DNA of 64,000 bases from Azolla caroliniana. Its lineage: Eukaryota; Plantae; Polypodiophyta. Both the position numbers and the translations under genes were made by a program. Positions 13,549 through 30,059 of the stretch are shown here, piece by piece. The notes under the pieces are model-generated. The model was not told where the DNA came from, made no database searches, and was given only the letters and a program-made list of their open reading frames with translations. How positions within the stretch are numbered: the stretch's first letter is position 1; every line of letters begins with the position of its first letter. Location of the stretch: contig JBHGNT010000021.1 in assembly GCA_043228905.1 (NCBI GenBank), positions 2,728,001 through 2,792,000 on the forward strand, in the 5' to 3' direction.

Positions 13549-14387
13549 TCTTATAGTCCTAATGATGTCTTAAACAATTACATACCTTTGGTCTTCTAAG
13601 GTCCTAAAGATTGTCTAAATGATTGCTCCATATCTTTGATGTCTTAAACACAATGCACATCTTAGTCTTCTAATGTCCTAAAGTCTGAAGGATTGCTCCA
13701 TATCTTAGGTTTAGGGGCTCATTCTTCATCCTGCTAAGCCATTATTCACATTCAGTTTACATGATTTTCATAACATTTTAGTTCAGTTCACACTATTCAT
13801 AACATTTTATGGAAGAAAAGTCACACAGTTACACAGCACCTAAAGTTCTTGGTTCACGTCATTACATATCGAAACATAACATATATGCGTTATGAGAAAA
13901 AACTGTTTATGCAGCACATTATTGCTCTTGACATAATAGATCAGAATTTCGAAAGTACCTATAGACTAATACAATTTGCACAGCATGTGGAATGCTCGAC
14001 ATAATAGATCAGAAATTTGGGGATGTACCTATAGGCTAATATACGTACAAAAATTTAATTGGACACACTGTATGATCCAGACTTTTCGTCAATATAGATT
14101 CCAATACAAGAACAACCCAGTGATTAATAGGATAATTGGATCCATTTTCAAACCTGAACCATTATTAATAAAACTATATAAAGGTAAAACAAACAAATGC
14201 AAAAAAAAAAACTCACATATTTAACAATGCGCCCTGGTTACATTTGTATATATACAAATGCATCAGAAAGATTGCATTTATCTTTTTTGTTTCAGTGATG
14301 TAAAAAGTTATTGCTCTTAAAATTAGAAAACAAAAAAACACAATATGAAGGGAGGAAGTGAAATTTGAGAAAAATGATTTTTTTCTT

Positions 14388-16721
<2,334 letters not shown>

Positions 16722-17859
16722 TCAAGCATCTCATTGTTTGGGAACATAAACCTTGCTACGAGTCATTATAGAAGGAGTCTTAAGATTAGGCATGTTCGCC
16801 TTTGCAGGACGTACTGTTGATGAGTACCAAGGGGACCTCCAAGCTACACATGGGGGTGGGGTTACCTGCCATGGCCCAGACTCCTACGGGAGGCAGCAAT
16901 GGAGAATCTTCCGCAATGGGCGAAAGCCTAATGGAGCATATCATCTAATGATGACCCTCCATTGATTCCCTTGTATAAGTTGCAGCTAGAGTAGCAAGAA
17001 TTAAAGCATGTATAGCACTTGTGAATAATCCTAAAGGCATCATACATACACAATCCCACATATGACATGCTTGGATGTTGGAACCACGACAAATAGAAGC
17101 ACATGCAGCCACATCTTCCTTTCAAAGCACATTCCTTGTACAGGTCGACAGTGACATCGCTCTAGTGATACTCAATACTAGAGTTGGATTTAGTATTAAA
17201 AGTTACAACTTACAACTATTAGTAGAAGTGGTGCATCCCCAAGAAAATGGCTCATGCAAAGGTAAAACTTTGCATAGCTAATGGTTTGATAGACTACCCT
17301 TTCATCATATATAGTATTGAGTACCGTCTCACGTTCGTTGTCATTATTAGATTATTCAAACAAGAAGCTTGTGATTGACTCTTATGATGACCTTTCCTTC
17401 ACGTAAGTTAACTTGGGATGGATTCAATAACGATGTCCTCTATAGGAAAAATGAGAGTGAGATGTGTCAAGTGCATCTGTACTCAAAAAAGATTAAATTA
17501 AAGACAAGTGATTGTGGCTTAGAACTTGTCGTAGCTTGTTGTGGCAACCAACATGATACTAGACATGAAAATGCAATAATTTATATGTGCTATTATACTG
17601 TATTTATTAGTCATATGTTAAAACAATGGTCACAAGATGACTTTTATGCATAGTCTTGTAAGTGGTGTGTCATGTATAGAGAGGTGCAAGGTGGCACACA
17701 TTCGTGGCCAACCTTTTGCATACTTGATTGTCTATAAAGAGTGCTCACACCCTAGTCGTTCTCAAGGAGTTTAACACTACTTATTGGATACGACATTCAA
17801 AGTCTTCAAGGGGGGCACCCTGATCCTATTTGGTTAAGAAAAAAGATAGATTATTGTGC

Positions 17860-18880
17860 AGTTGTGTAGATTATTATGATCTAAAGTACTTACCCATTCA
17901 TTATAGGTATTCCATGTCATTGATTTGGAAACTTCTCGATCAATTACCAATTGGGCAAATCTTCTCTGAATCAACCAACGAGGGGCCTATAACATAGTCT
18001 AAATCACGTCAAGTGATGAATGGAAAATTGCTTTTAGAACTCACTATGGCCATTTTGAGTACAAAGTGATGCCATAACTGTCTGACAAATGCCCCATCGG
18101 TCTGCGAAGACATGATGAACAACATTTTTCAGGAGCACATAGATCAATTCATCTTGTTGTTTCTAGAAGACATTGTGATCTTCCCTCAACATCTGATGTC
18201 ATCTCACTCAACAGTAACACCATGGATGCGTAAAAATTAGACATCATTCAATTTTGGAGGCTCCCAATTGTGTAAAAGATGTACAATATTTTTTGGGATT
18301 CCCAGATTTCTATCACTAGTTCACCCGTGCGTTCTCAACTATTGCCCAATTGCTAATCAATTTCATCTGCAAGCATCAAGTTTTCTTATGGAGTCCATAT
18401 AATGCTCAAAAAACATTTATGACCAATGTCAATGTCTTCTAAAACCCAACTAGGTGAAGTCATCCACCACTTACACACTCTCAATGGAGGAGTCATTAAT
18501 ACAAGAACTAATCACAACAACAACCTTATACTAGTTGGCTAAAGAAATTAAGCAAGCAAGGAAAAGATCCAAGAAGTGAACAACACATAGTGATATTGAT
18601 CTACAATTCAGAATTTTGGGCATTTTGGTGCTCAAAAAACTCTAGAACTAGTGTCATAAAACTCTATGACCTATGAAAACGAGATTGGAAGTTAGTTATA
18701 GAGTTTGTGAAGACTTGTGCACACTCAAAAGTGCCTCGCCATCGTCCATATGGTCTTCTTCAATCTCCTATGACCTGCAATCAGCCATAGGCATCCATTT
18801 TAGTTGATTTCATCACGGACCTACCATTAGTCGACATGTATGACTTTGTGTTGGATATAGTGGATTGTTTCACAGAGAAG
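17860..18880 (+). pseudogene. Decayed Ty3/gypsy RT-to-integrase fragment (chromovirus-like)
   Basis: Remnants [30 protein letters not shown]..LTNAP (RT) and CAHSKVPRHRPYGLLQ..SILVDFITDLP (integrase), with stops and frameshifts. Confidence 0.8.
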
Positions 18881-20310
18881 CACCAAAATTTGTTCTTTAT
18901 TTTTGAAATCTATCTCGTGTCATTAATTTTCTTCTTCATTGTTCTTGAAATTCTCCTTTTATATCTTTCCCACATTCTCCCTCGCCTCTTTCATTCCCTT
19001 GTCGAATATCGTCTTGCATTCATAACACCTATCATTTAATCAAACAATCTATAATAGGTTTATAAACAAAGATATTGATATTTGGTCATATCAACTAGCC
19101 AAGGGCAAACACCCTTATGAGATGCTAGCCAAGGGCAAACACCCTTACGAGATGCTAGTCAAGATCCAATTCATCCTTGGAGAGCACGTGAGTTCCCAAA
19201 ATTGCCTATTAATACAGTTTTTAATATTGAATGTAGAAATAACCAAGGGTTGTGAACACCAAATACGTACCACTACTGTTACAAGCATGACCATAAATTT
19301 TCCTGTACTAAGTTCTACCATAGTATTTACCAGCATGACCATAATTTATCCCGTGGTAAATTCTAATGTAGTATTCTACACACGAGGATAAAGTGTGCTC
19401 ATGCCCGTAACATTTACATGCACAAATAGTATTTTCATTGTGCATAACTTTAACTTCGTAAATACTTTGACTAGCCATGAGGAGCCCCAAATAAGATCCC
19501 AACCAACTACGACTCCACCGTAGCCCATGCATAAACTGCCCACAATAAAAAGACATGGGCATCAAAGATTGACATGTGTAATCTAGAATTGATTCCCACC
19601 TTCTAATCTATTCAAATGTGGTTCACATTAGTAGATCGCGAGAGGAGATCCACTCCCTCTCATGGTCATGTGATTGTAGATAACAACAAGTCAACTCAAA
19701 AAAGCAATCTTATACTCTATATTTACAAGAGTGGGTGTCACTTATGACCAATTTGATAGGTTCAAAAAAGTTACGCAAACCTAATATCCACTCTCGGGTG
19801 GGAAAAGGTTGGCCTTTTTTTATATGACCCTAGAAGACCAAGACAATGTTTGGTTCTACATGCTTCCACACGAAGTTTGGAATCGCGTCTTTTACATCAA
19901 GAAATATTTTTTTTATCAATGTCGCATTAAGAAACAAATAAGAAGCAAACAAAATTGTCCATGACTATATGTGACAAATCAAAACCCTACATAATATGTA
20001 TGAAGACAACCGTAAGATGATTGACCGAAAACTTATGAGTTAATCCAAGGGTTATAATAATGACAGTTATCGTGGAAATCCGCGGCTTGTAGGTCGGCTC
20101 AGGCAGGACCACTGACGTCTCGGACCGGAGAGGATGTTGATGGGTAATTATGCTTCGTCGGTATTGATTACCCTAACTAGGGCTCCGGCCTAGTTGTCAT
20201 CTCTCTTTGGTGGTCGCTTGTCAGCTTCGTCTAGTTTGGTTGGCCGACTCTCCTTCGTCCTTCCGGGTCGGTCGAACTATTGGCCTCCCTTTCAACTATT
20301 GTGACGCCGG

Positions 20311-20311
<1 letters not shown>

Positions 20312-20398
<87 letters not shown>
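20312..20398. repeat. Compound (TG)n(AG)n microsatellite
   Basis: Direct reading. Confidence 0.95.
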
Positions 20399-22768
20399 AA
20401 CACACAACTTCACCTCCTTTTATAGTTCAAGGAGGGAAGGCCATTACAAAGTGCGGTCCAATGTCCTTCTTCTTTTCAGAGAGGATATCTTGCTTTGATT
20501 TTAAGAGTGATTGAAGACGTACATTAAAACTCCTCTCACTTTCACATTCACCCCACTACCCACTAACTATGCATGTGCACTAATGTACACATCATATTTA
20601 TTCCCTCACTAATGTCATGTAGACATACATTTTGGTTCACCAAGAGTCAAACCCACAATTTCTTGGTCTATGTATTTAACCTTTAACCATTGTAATAACA
20701 TATATGATGTGTAATTATATTAATTATATTTTTAGTTATTACATGTTTAGAATATTCTATAAATAGGTGTCCATACATCTGTCACAACTTATTCGGTTCA
20801 ACACCAGTGTTTAGCCCTTAGCCTACTCTTTGTAAACCTTGTTCTCTCATAATATAAACTCATTTCCATTTCTATCTCTCTCTACCTTCTATCTTCATCT
20901 TTCTACTCTTTCTCCCTCTCATACTCACGACAACTAACTCCTTGGCGCACTTTAGCACCCTTTACATTCCCCTTTTATTCCTATGTACATTTCCCTAATG
21001 TACATGTGCAATCGTTGCACATCCTCGTTCTTGGCCGCTCCACTCAATTTTCCCACTATTGCCGGAAATCTTCATGACACCGTACTCTACAAAAAATTCC
21101 TTGTTGTTAGACAATCATGCCAAACCTTCGACCATGCATGCAATGAAGTTATGAGGTTCTAAGATTCAATTATCAATTTACAAATATCAATAAGACAACC
21201 ACTAACCGTAGGAAGAAGATCTCACAACCCCCTATGACCACTCACCATACAATTTAAATACAACCACATCATGATGTGGCGACCCCGAAGGTGGAAACGT
21301 GGGTAAAAGGGGGGGAAAGAGAAGGTGGAGAATGTGTGTAAAAAGCAAGAAAGGGAAAATAAAAATAAATGGTCTAGTGGTTAGGGTGATTCACTTAGTT
21401 TAGGGGTGCAAAGTTTAAATCTTTGCAATGAGATGCGAAATAAATGAGTATTTTATTCCTCTTTTCTTTTCGAAAAAAGAGAGGAATAAATGCATTACAT
21501 GTAAATGAGGCGCCCTCCCCCTATAAAAATAGGGGAAGAAGGCACATTTTGGGTCTTCTTCATTTTGGCGTTTTGAAGGTTTTCTTCTTCGGGTTTGGGC
21601 TTTTGACAACTTTTTTCTTCGATTTTCGACTCACTTTCCTTCCTCAACTCTTCTTTGTATTAGGTTTTTCAACATTTAAGAGGAGCTCTTCATTTTCGAC
21701 GCTCGTCTTTAGACATTAGAAACTCGATTTTGTATTTGTCACATGGAGGTATAATGTCCTTCACTTTTTCCTCTCAATCTCTTCTTCTTATGTGGTCATC
21801 ATGGTTTTCGACGTCACCAAGCCCCCGTTCTTAGTGGTAGCATCAAGAAGGGTTTTGGCAAACTCACATACTAGCTGCGAAAGGGGAGCACGAAGTGGCC
21901 CGAGAACCCTACTTCAACTTGAACATCTTTGCCAATGAACGTAAGCGAGGTCTCGGCGGCCCACTTGACTCGCATCTTCACCGGAACTCAACCGCCTCCC
22001 CAACTTTTCAATTCCATCACTTTAGCTTAGTGATTTTCTTGTAGTCACTCTTCATGCCTACTTTGGATACTATTTGCATTGTAAAAGCCACCACATTCGA
22101 GGCATTTGTTGTGAAGTCGATTAAGTGTTGTAAATCAGAACTTGTGTTTGATTAATAACGTGATTTAAGCACTTAAACTTAGCATTTGTCACTAATCTTG
22201 TGCTAATAACGTGCATTAGCCATTCACAGAGGGATCTTCGTTTCTACGTTCGCATTCTCTGTTGAATATGATATGTGGAAGGATATGTGAGGACCAGCTA
22301 GAAAATGTGTACAACAAACAACACAACTAGAATATAGATATGCAAGAAGGTAAGGTAGACACGATTTAGCTCTAATGGTAATTAATTGTATTTCTCTTCT
22401 GTAACTCTCTCTCTCTTTGTGAGACTTCTCACGTACAATGTTAGGGTTAAGCTTATATACTCAAGCCCTAACTCAAGAACGTGTTCACATTTAGGACGCA
22501 AGGTGGAAGGAGTAGGTCTTTTATGCCAACATTGTCTACATTTGAGTCTGAGAGTGTTCGACTTTAGCAGGCATTCGACTCTAATGAGTGTTCAACTCTA
22601 GCGACCCTTTGACTCCTACGAATGTTCGACTATAGAGAGCCTTTGACTCCTACGAGCTTTCAACTCTCATGAGCCTTCGAGTCTTGCAACCTTTCGGCTC
22701 TCAAGAGCCTTCGAGTCCCGCAACCTTTCGCGCTCTCCTAGTCCAAGATCCCCATGGCCCCACTCGAG

Positions 22769-23219
22769 TAGCAATCAACAACGGTTCGAGAGTGACATAC
22801 TCAAACTGTTTAAAAATTTTGAAATTTAAACCAAACCACAAAACCATTTAAATTGAACCGTTACAAAAAATTCAAGCAATTTGGAGACTTTCAAACCTTT
22901 AAACTATTAAACTGTTAAAACCGTGGTTTCATAGTTTGGTTTTGGTTTTCAAGTTAGGTCAAAATTAAAATGTTCACATTTTTATTTTTCAAAATTTAAA
23001 GATTTTTCTTAAGATATCAAAATTAGGCTGAAAATGTTTAAGAAACTTATCAAGTGTCCATCTTAGACCGTCAAACCATTTGAACAATTTAAACCGTGGT
23101 TTCAAACCGTTTAAACTGGAAACCATTTAACCTATTAAGGCTTGAACCGAACTGTTTAAATTGTTAAGCAACAGTTTTGCAATTTAGTTTGGTTCAAAAC
23201 GAACCATTGTTAATTGTTA
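22769..23219. mobile_element. hAT-type MITE, copy 2 (inverted relative to 4347-4741, more decayed)
   Basis: Starts TAGCAATCAACAACGGTTCGAGAGTG (matches the reverse complement of the copy 1 right end) and ends GAACCATTGTTAATTGTTA; flanks CACTCGAG / TGCTCTAG fit a decayed 8-bp TSD. Confidence 0.6.
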
Positions 23220-24496
23220 TGCTCTAGTAGCACACACATACGCGTTTACACGACAACGACCCTTCAAATACTTTGTCCAAGAGAACATATGTTTTCCTTC
23301 ATTCCATGGCTATCACATGAGACATGAATGCCATTATCGAAAGAATGAACACCCTAAGTTACCTCCTACAGCTTCACACACAATGTTAATCGCTATTCTA
23401 TCTTGACAACCATTGTTGCTTTGTATTGCAATACGCCTCACAAAACTTGAATCTGATAATATGCTCAAGTTTTAGGTAAGGGGGAGCTTCACAATATCTA
23501 GGTAATAAAAGTTATGATAAGGAGGATCTACAACAAAAAAATGTGAATCATTCTCACATTATATTAAGATAGATGGAGTCGTTTATCCTAGGTTTTTATA
23601 CTCTTTGAAGTGAGTGAAACTAGTTTCACTCCTCTTAAAGGTAAATGGTCTCGCCACTACAATGATACTTGATACCAAGGTGTGAATTAGTATCATAAGT
23701 TACAATTGTTGGCAAAAGTGGGATAATACCAAGAGACTGATGGAGAAGTTAAATTTTGCATGGTTAATGGCTTGATCCAATGCCCTAAGGGCATCATAAT
23801 CTATCACCTCTTCATAATATAAGACTCGGTCAAGTACCACCTCACGTTTTTCATTATTCGATTAGTCAACCAAGTGGCCTATGATTGCCCATTGGGGTGA
23901 CCTTTCCTTCACACATGTCAAATTGTGATGGACTTTATTAAAAATGATATCATCTACACTAGAAACACGAATAAAATTTACCAAGTACATGTGTCCAATC
24001 AGAAGGTAAATAAAAAAGAATGTAGCCTTGATGGACGATCAATTTAAGACCATGTTGTCGTGAAAATCCGTCACTATGTGCGGATCGTGAGATGAACCGT
24101 CGGGGTTCTGGACTAGAAGGATTTAGAGCAACATGTACAACAAAAGCAAGTTTTAAGCATAAGACAAGTGGGAGAGACAAATCATTAGTTTATTGCAAAA
24201 GAAAATCGATTCTTTATAATTTCAGAATCGTGTTACAATGGGTTGGGTATGGAAATGAGAGATTAATTTTCCAAAGAAAGGAGCCAATAACCATGCAAGG
24301 AGTGGTCCGATATGAATACGAGAGATAATTTTTTACCAGAAAGATCGAGTAAACAAAGCTAGGAGTTTGATATCAATATGTGAGATAATTTGTTTCTCGA
24401 ATTTGAGAGGGAAGAAGAAAGAAGGGAAAAAAAACTAGGAGGGAAAAAATGGGACATATATCGAGCTCCTCGTTGATCCTCCTCCCCAATGTTACT

Positions 24497-24625
24497 TTGC
24501 ATGCCCACTTTTAGTTGGAAGGCCTCTATTTTTAGTTGCATGGCCTCTACTTTTAGTTGCATGCTTCCATTTTTAGATGCATGCCTTTTACTTTTAGTTG
24601 CATGGCCTTGGCTTTTGGTTGCATG
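24497..24625. repeat. Short ~21-bp tandem repeat (TTTTAGTTGCATG core), about 5-6 copies
   Basis: Direct reading. Confidence 0.75.
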
Positions 24626-24675
24626 CGATTGTCCGTATAATTCGGCCAAATGACACAATCATCCATAAAGTTTAG

Positions 24676-26327
24676 CCCGTGCGCAATCGGTACGTGCGTC
24701 GCAACCAAACCGTAGACGCGTCCGCGCGCAAAAGTCCCGACCGCGTAGTAGTGTACGCATCCACGCATGCGCGCATCCCGACCACGCCATAGTGTACGCA
24801 TCCACGTGCGCGCGCGTCCAACACGCATCGTGTACGCATCCGCGTGCAAAAGTCTCGACCACGCCGTACGTAGTGTACGCATCCACGCATGCGCAATTCG
24901 TACGTGCGTCGCAACCAAACCGTAGACGCGTCCGCGTGCAAAAGTCCCGACACGTAGTAGTGTACGCATCCGCGCATGCGCGCATCTCGACCACGTCGTA
25001 GTGTACGCATCCACGCGTGCAAGCATCCAACCCGCACTGTGTACGCATCCGCACGCAAAAGTCTTGACCACACCGTACGTAGTGTACGCATCCACGCGCT
25101 CGTCCGCACGTACGCATCTGTCCGAAACGCAAAAGTCTCGACCACACCGTACGTAGTGTACGCATCCACGCATGCGCACACACGCATCTGTTCGAAACGT
25201 CCACGCGTACGCCCGAAACTTGCACACACGCATACATCTGAAAACATCTACGCAACCATGCACACGCGTGTACGCCCGAAGCGTGCACACCACATAGTGT
25301 AGCCCAAGTCTCAACCACGTCGTACGTAGTGTACGCATCCACGCATGCGCACACACACGTCCGCGCGCTCGTCCGTCCGAAACGTCCACGCATACGCCCG
25401 AAACTTGCACACATGCACACGCGTGTACGCCCGAAGCGTGCACACCACATAGTGTAGCCCAAGTCTCAACCACGTCGTACGTAGTGTACGCATCCACGCA
25501 TGCGCACACACGTCCGCGCGCTCGTCCGTCCGAAACGTCCACGCATACGCCCGAAACTTGCACACATGCGTACATCCGAAGACGTCCATGCGCGCGCACA
25601 TCCGTAAACATCCACGCAACCATGCACACACGCGTACGCATGCGCGCATCTCGACCACGTCGTAGTGTACGCATCCACGCGTGCAAGCATCCAACCCGCA
25701 CCGTGTACGCATCCGCACGCAAAAGTCTTGACCACACCGTACATAGTGTACGCATCCACGCGTCCGCGCGCTCGTCCGCACGTACGCATCTGTCCGAAAC
25801 GCAAAAGTCTCGACCACACCGTACGTAGTGTACGCATCCACGCATGCGCACACACGCGTCTGTTCGAAACGTCCACGCGTACGCCCGAAACTTGCACACA
25901 CGCATACATCTGAAAACATCTACGCAACCATGCACACGCGTGTACGCCCGAAGCGTGCACACCACAAAGTGTAGCCCAAGTCTCAACCACGTCGTACGTA
26001 GTGTACGCATCCACGCATGCGCACACACACGTCCGCGCGCTCGTCCGTCCGAAACTTGCACACATGCACACGCGTGTACGCCCGAAGCGTGCACACCACA
26101 TAGTGTAGCCCAAGTCTCAACCACGTCGTACGTAGTGTACGCATCCACGCATGCACACACACACGTCCGCGCGCTCGTCCGTCCGAAACGTCCACACATG
26201 CGCCCGAAACTTGCACACATGCGTACATCCGAAGACGTCCATGCACGCGCACATCCGTAAACATCCACGCAACCATGCACACACGCGTACGCCCGAAGCG
26301 TGCACACCACATAGTGTAGCCCAAGTC
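24676..26327. repeat. CpG-rich modular tandem array with higher-order duplications
   Basis: Core GTAGTGTACGCATCCACGCATGCGC recurs throughout; GTACGTGCGTCGCAACCAAACCGTAGACGCG at ~24690 and ~24900; GTGTAGCCCAAGTC at ~25297, 25452, 25969, 26103, 26314; a block is duplicated at ~670-bp spacing. Confidence 0.9.
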
Positions 26328-28689
26328 ACCTTGAACATTCTATGCTCCACACATTGATAGAATGAATATGTTTTGGTTTCCGTTATATATTCTGGGTTCC
26401 AATGTTGTCCTATCTATGTGGGATATCTCACAGTTTTGTCTTTTCTTTTCTTTTCTTCAAACTTCACACTCACATGACTTGATACTTGTTTATCCGTTTT
26501 ATGTGTAGTAAAATACGCTATGAAGCTCTTGAACACATCTATCTTTCCATATCCATATATTAAGCTAATCGTAAATAATTATTTTACTAGTTTTCATATC
26601 GTGTGTGAAAAACCACACGACAACGTATTGGCATATGAAGAAGATAAAGATGTTGATTTCTTGAGGGATGGATACATATACTTGAATTCTCATGTAGCCC
26701 ATCCTTAAAAATGAGGTACGGCTCCGTCATGAACTAGGTGGATATGTTAGTCAAAGCATCAAAATTGGTTCATGGAAGAGACAACTTGTTTCAAACTTGC
26801 ACCCTTAAACATCGATACTTCCTCATTATTGGGGAGCACACATTTCATAAACAACATATTGGAAAAAGTCCAAGATGTGAACCACTGATGTACCTCCCTT
26901 GTGGAATCCATGGGCACAACACTTTAGGTTTAATTGACACACGTGCCAATGTCGTCACCCACTTGTATGAGCAATGGTTACAATGGGTTTCCCACCATTA
27001 ATATATGCAATGATCAACTTGTGTCATGATGCCACCATTATCCAGTGTGTGGCTCATTGGCATGTACAATGCCTGCTCACACTGATAAGGCTCAGGTTGA
27101 GGCTCGAGTAATTCTTGCGGAAACTTTGTCAAACTCATGTTGGAACTCTTGGTATGGAACAACAAGGAGGATACATATCCCAATCAACCACTTCTCAATC
27201 CTCTACATTGTGCTAAGGATTTGGATCCCCCCGCTTCATCCACATGTGTATTGTGTTACTATCACAACTCTATTGATTTGAAAAATCATCGTCCATTAGT
27301 CTCCAATGCCCACATGACATGCACCAAGAATATAACTCTTTCGCTTTGATGTCCAACAACTAAATCACTCTATCACAGAGAAATAAGTATAATCATTCTA
27401 CTATGTTTAGTGTTCCTTAATCTATCTCCTTCATATCTGATTATATCACTAAGATGTGATATTTGAGCTTGTCTAGCTCTAGTCCATCCTACTGAGATGT
27501 CCTTCAAGTACATTGTATCTATGAGAACATTACCTTTCATTGGACATAGCAAATACTCTAAAATTGATTTTCTTCTTATATTTTTATGCATGGGCCAACT
27601 TGCGTTTAATGGATGAGCAATCATCAAATCATATATTCCCATAGTGGTATGATTTTAATACAATCAATGATACTAGAACAAGTGACTAACAAGTTTACAT
27701 TAAATCAACAACATTCCGCTTTGACTTATTATTTACTTTCTCAAAGGGAAAATAGCTTGAGTTCATGCAAATGAAAGTAATGAAACAAAATTTAATATAA
27801 TAATATTATTATTGAAGGCTAGTTCATCTTACAATTGACACATTGTGTGAACAATGTGGAACATTGTCGCATAAACGCTCACGTGCGTTTCGTGAGGATT
27901 TTTGGCAATGGTAAGAAAATCGGGTACATCTTTGCACATGAACATGAGAAAAATGTGTATAGAAATAAGAAAGAGGGAAAAATAAATTGTAAGGGGTCGC
28001 CCATTTTTTAGTTAGGAGGGTGTACCACTTAGATCTAGGGTTTTCTTTTCCTCCTTCCCCTTCTCTAGGGTTTGGTAGTTTCTTCTTCTTCTTTTTATTC
28101 TTCTTTGAGTGAAGGTTTAGGGTTTCTTTTGGTTCTCCTCCCTCTTCTTGGTTAGGGTTTCAGTTGTTCTAGGTTTCTTCTTCTCCCTATTTTGGTTTTA
28201 GGGTTCTCGGGTTTCTCCAATCTTGTCGTCTTGGTGGGAAGAAGTAGGGTTTGTTCTTGTTGATTTTGGGTTCTTCAATTTGTGAGTTAGGGTTTGTGAG
28301 GTTCTTCGTTTCCATGTGAGTTAGGGTCATGTTAGGGTTTTGGGTCTTACATTCTTCTTGGTTGGAGTTAGAGTTTGGTTGGGGGTTTCTACAATGGCAG
28401 CTCTTTCAGCATTCCGATGGCGGCACTTGGTGGTTCGGCTTCCTCTCCTCGACGGAGAGGATTTTGTGTGGCGGTTGGTTCAAGAAGGGAGGGCAAAGTG
28501 GCACGGGAACACTCCACCGTCTTCGGGCCGTGACCAACAGTGGACATCACAGTTCTGATAGCCCACTTGACTCGCCTTCGTCGGTTCCCATTCCTTAACT
28601 TGTTGTATTTAAACAATTGTTTTGTAATAACCATCGGATTCGTGGCACGTAAGTCATCTTGTTGTAAAAGCATTTGTAATATATATATA

Positions 28690-29132
28690 TGTTAAGTAAT
28701 TAGGTAATTAACTAGGGTTAATTAGAGACAAATCATGTGGTTACGTTAAGCAGCAGAAGATTAGTATGATATGCGCGTGAGAGTGTGTGAGAGGAAGAGA
28801 GAGAGAGAGAGAGGAAGTTACACTTGAACACACAGATAAATGGGGGATGATTGACTATATTCAAAAGTGCCATCAACATACAAAAATACCCACAATGAGG
28901 TATATATACAACCCATGTGCAAAGGTGCACATGTGTGGGTAGAACATAGGTACTTATGTGTAAGTCCTACATTAAATGTACTAAGGAGTGGAGGATCTAG
29001 AATATCCCACTAAAGTACAAGGTCCTATTTAAAGGCTTAAGGTCAACACATTAACTAGATTCGATCTAGGTAACTACTAAGTTACATGTGTTGACTAACT
29101 AGATTAAACTAGTTGAGCTTGATATCTCAACA
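28690..29132. mobile_element. Probable solo LTR inserted in (TA)n
   Basis: TG...CA termini (TGTTAAG...CTCAACA) with ATATA on both sides; shares the terminal GTTGAGCTTG.TATCTCAACA with 29920-30199. Confidence 0.6.
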
Positions 29133-29133
29133 A

Positions 29134-29168
<35 letters not shown>

Positions 29169-29696
29169 TTGTGTATATTCCTCTTTTATTTTAACCTATT
29201 TGAGTTGTGTCCTTAATTGTGGCTTATCGTCTTGTTGAACCCAAAATCTTCATCGGCCGGAAAGCCTACCTTCGTCGATTGGATTGGGCCAGAAGTCAGC
29301 CCAGATAGAAAGCCAATCGGTCAAAGCCGACATGAGTGGAAAGCCAAATCCTGTAGAGCGTAATACCTCCACCATCTGTCTCCCTAGTCCGAGATCCCCA
29401 TGGTGCTGCCCAAGCCAATAAGCACACGTGGATTTCCGTGACAACGTTACTACGAGAAGGACTGTAGGAGTCTTGGACTAAGGAAGGCGTGAATGAAGGT
29501 GGGATTCGAATGACCAGATGGCTCAAACATTGAGGGAACTTGTAATACATCATCAAAAACCCAGCCATTAAGATAGCTATTGTCATTTAAGATGATAAAA
29601 GCCACTTTTTTTTATTATATTGATTATTGTCAAAACTCTGAAACATTTTAGAATATTCTAGGTTTAGTACATTACAGAAATCTCCCATTGATAACG

Positions 29697-30016
29697 TTTG
29701 TAATGCTCAAGAACTTGTCAACGACTTCTGTCACCGATATCCAAACAAACCCAACCTTGCATTGTTAAGGCCAACTTCCCCTTGTCGTTCTACAAGGAAG
29801 GATAGTGTCATGAACACATGAGCATCATGGCTTCACCCGAACTTGAACCCATCTTGTAATACATAATCAAAAACCCAACCATTAAGATCTAAGACTATTC
29901 TCATATGAGATGATAAAATTGTACAGAATGTTGAAGCCTTGATACATAGTCCGCCTAGCCGAACAAAACCACAACAATGGACAACAAAGATAGAAACAGT
30001 AAACACAAAGACGATG

Positions 30017-30059
<43 letters not shown>

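Noticed and set aside
24660-24700. Helitron 3' terminus (GCCCGTGC half-hairpin)
   Set aside because: Only one arm of the hairpin is present and there is no correctly placed CTRR end
24676-26327. CRISPR-like repeat-spacer array
   Set aside because: The intervening segments are themselves repeated, repeat length is not constant, there are no cas genes, and the context is eukaryotic
24553-26357. 585-aa and other overlapping C/V/R/A-rich ORFs
   Set aside because: They arise in several frames on both strands of a stop-poor tandem array; no domain signal
26520-27700. Possible decayed DNA-transposase remnant (CNHC motif on the minus strand)
   Set aside because: Too degenerate to assign by eye; needs a translated profile search
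28030-28345. Interstitial telomere (TTAGGG/TAGGGTTT motifs)
   Set aside because: Motifs are isolated and separated by CT-rich sequence, not tandem TTTAGGG; more like telo-box-rich low-complexity or TE sequence
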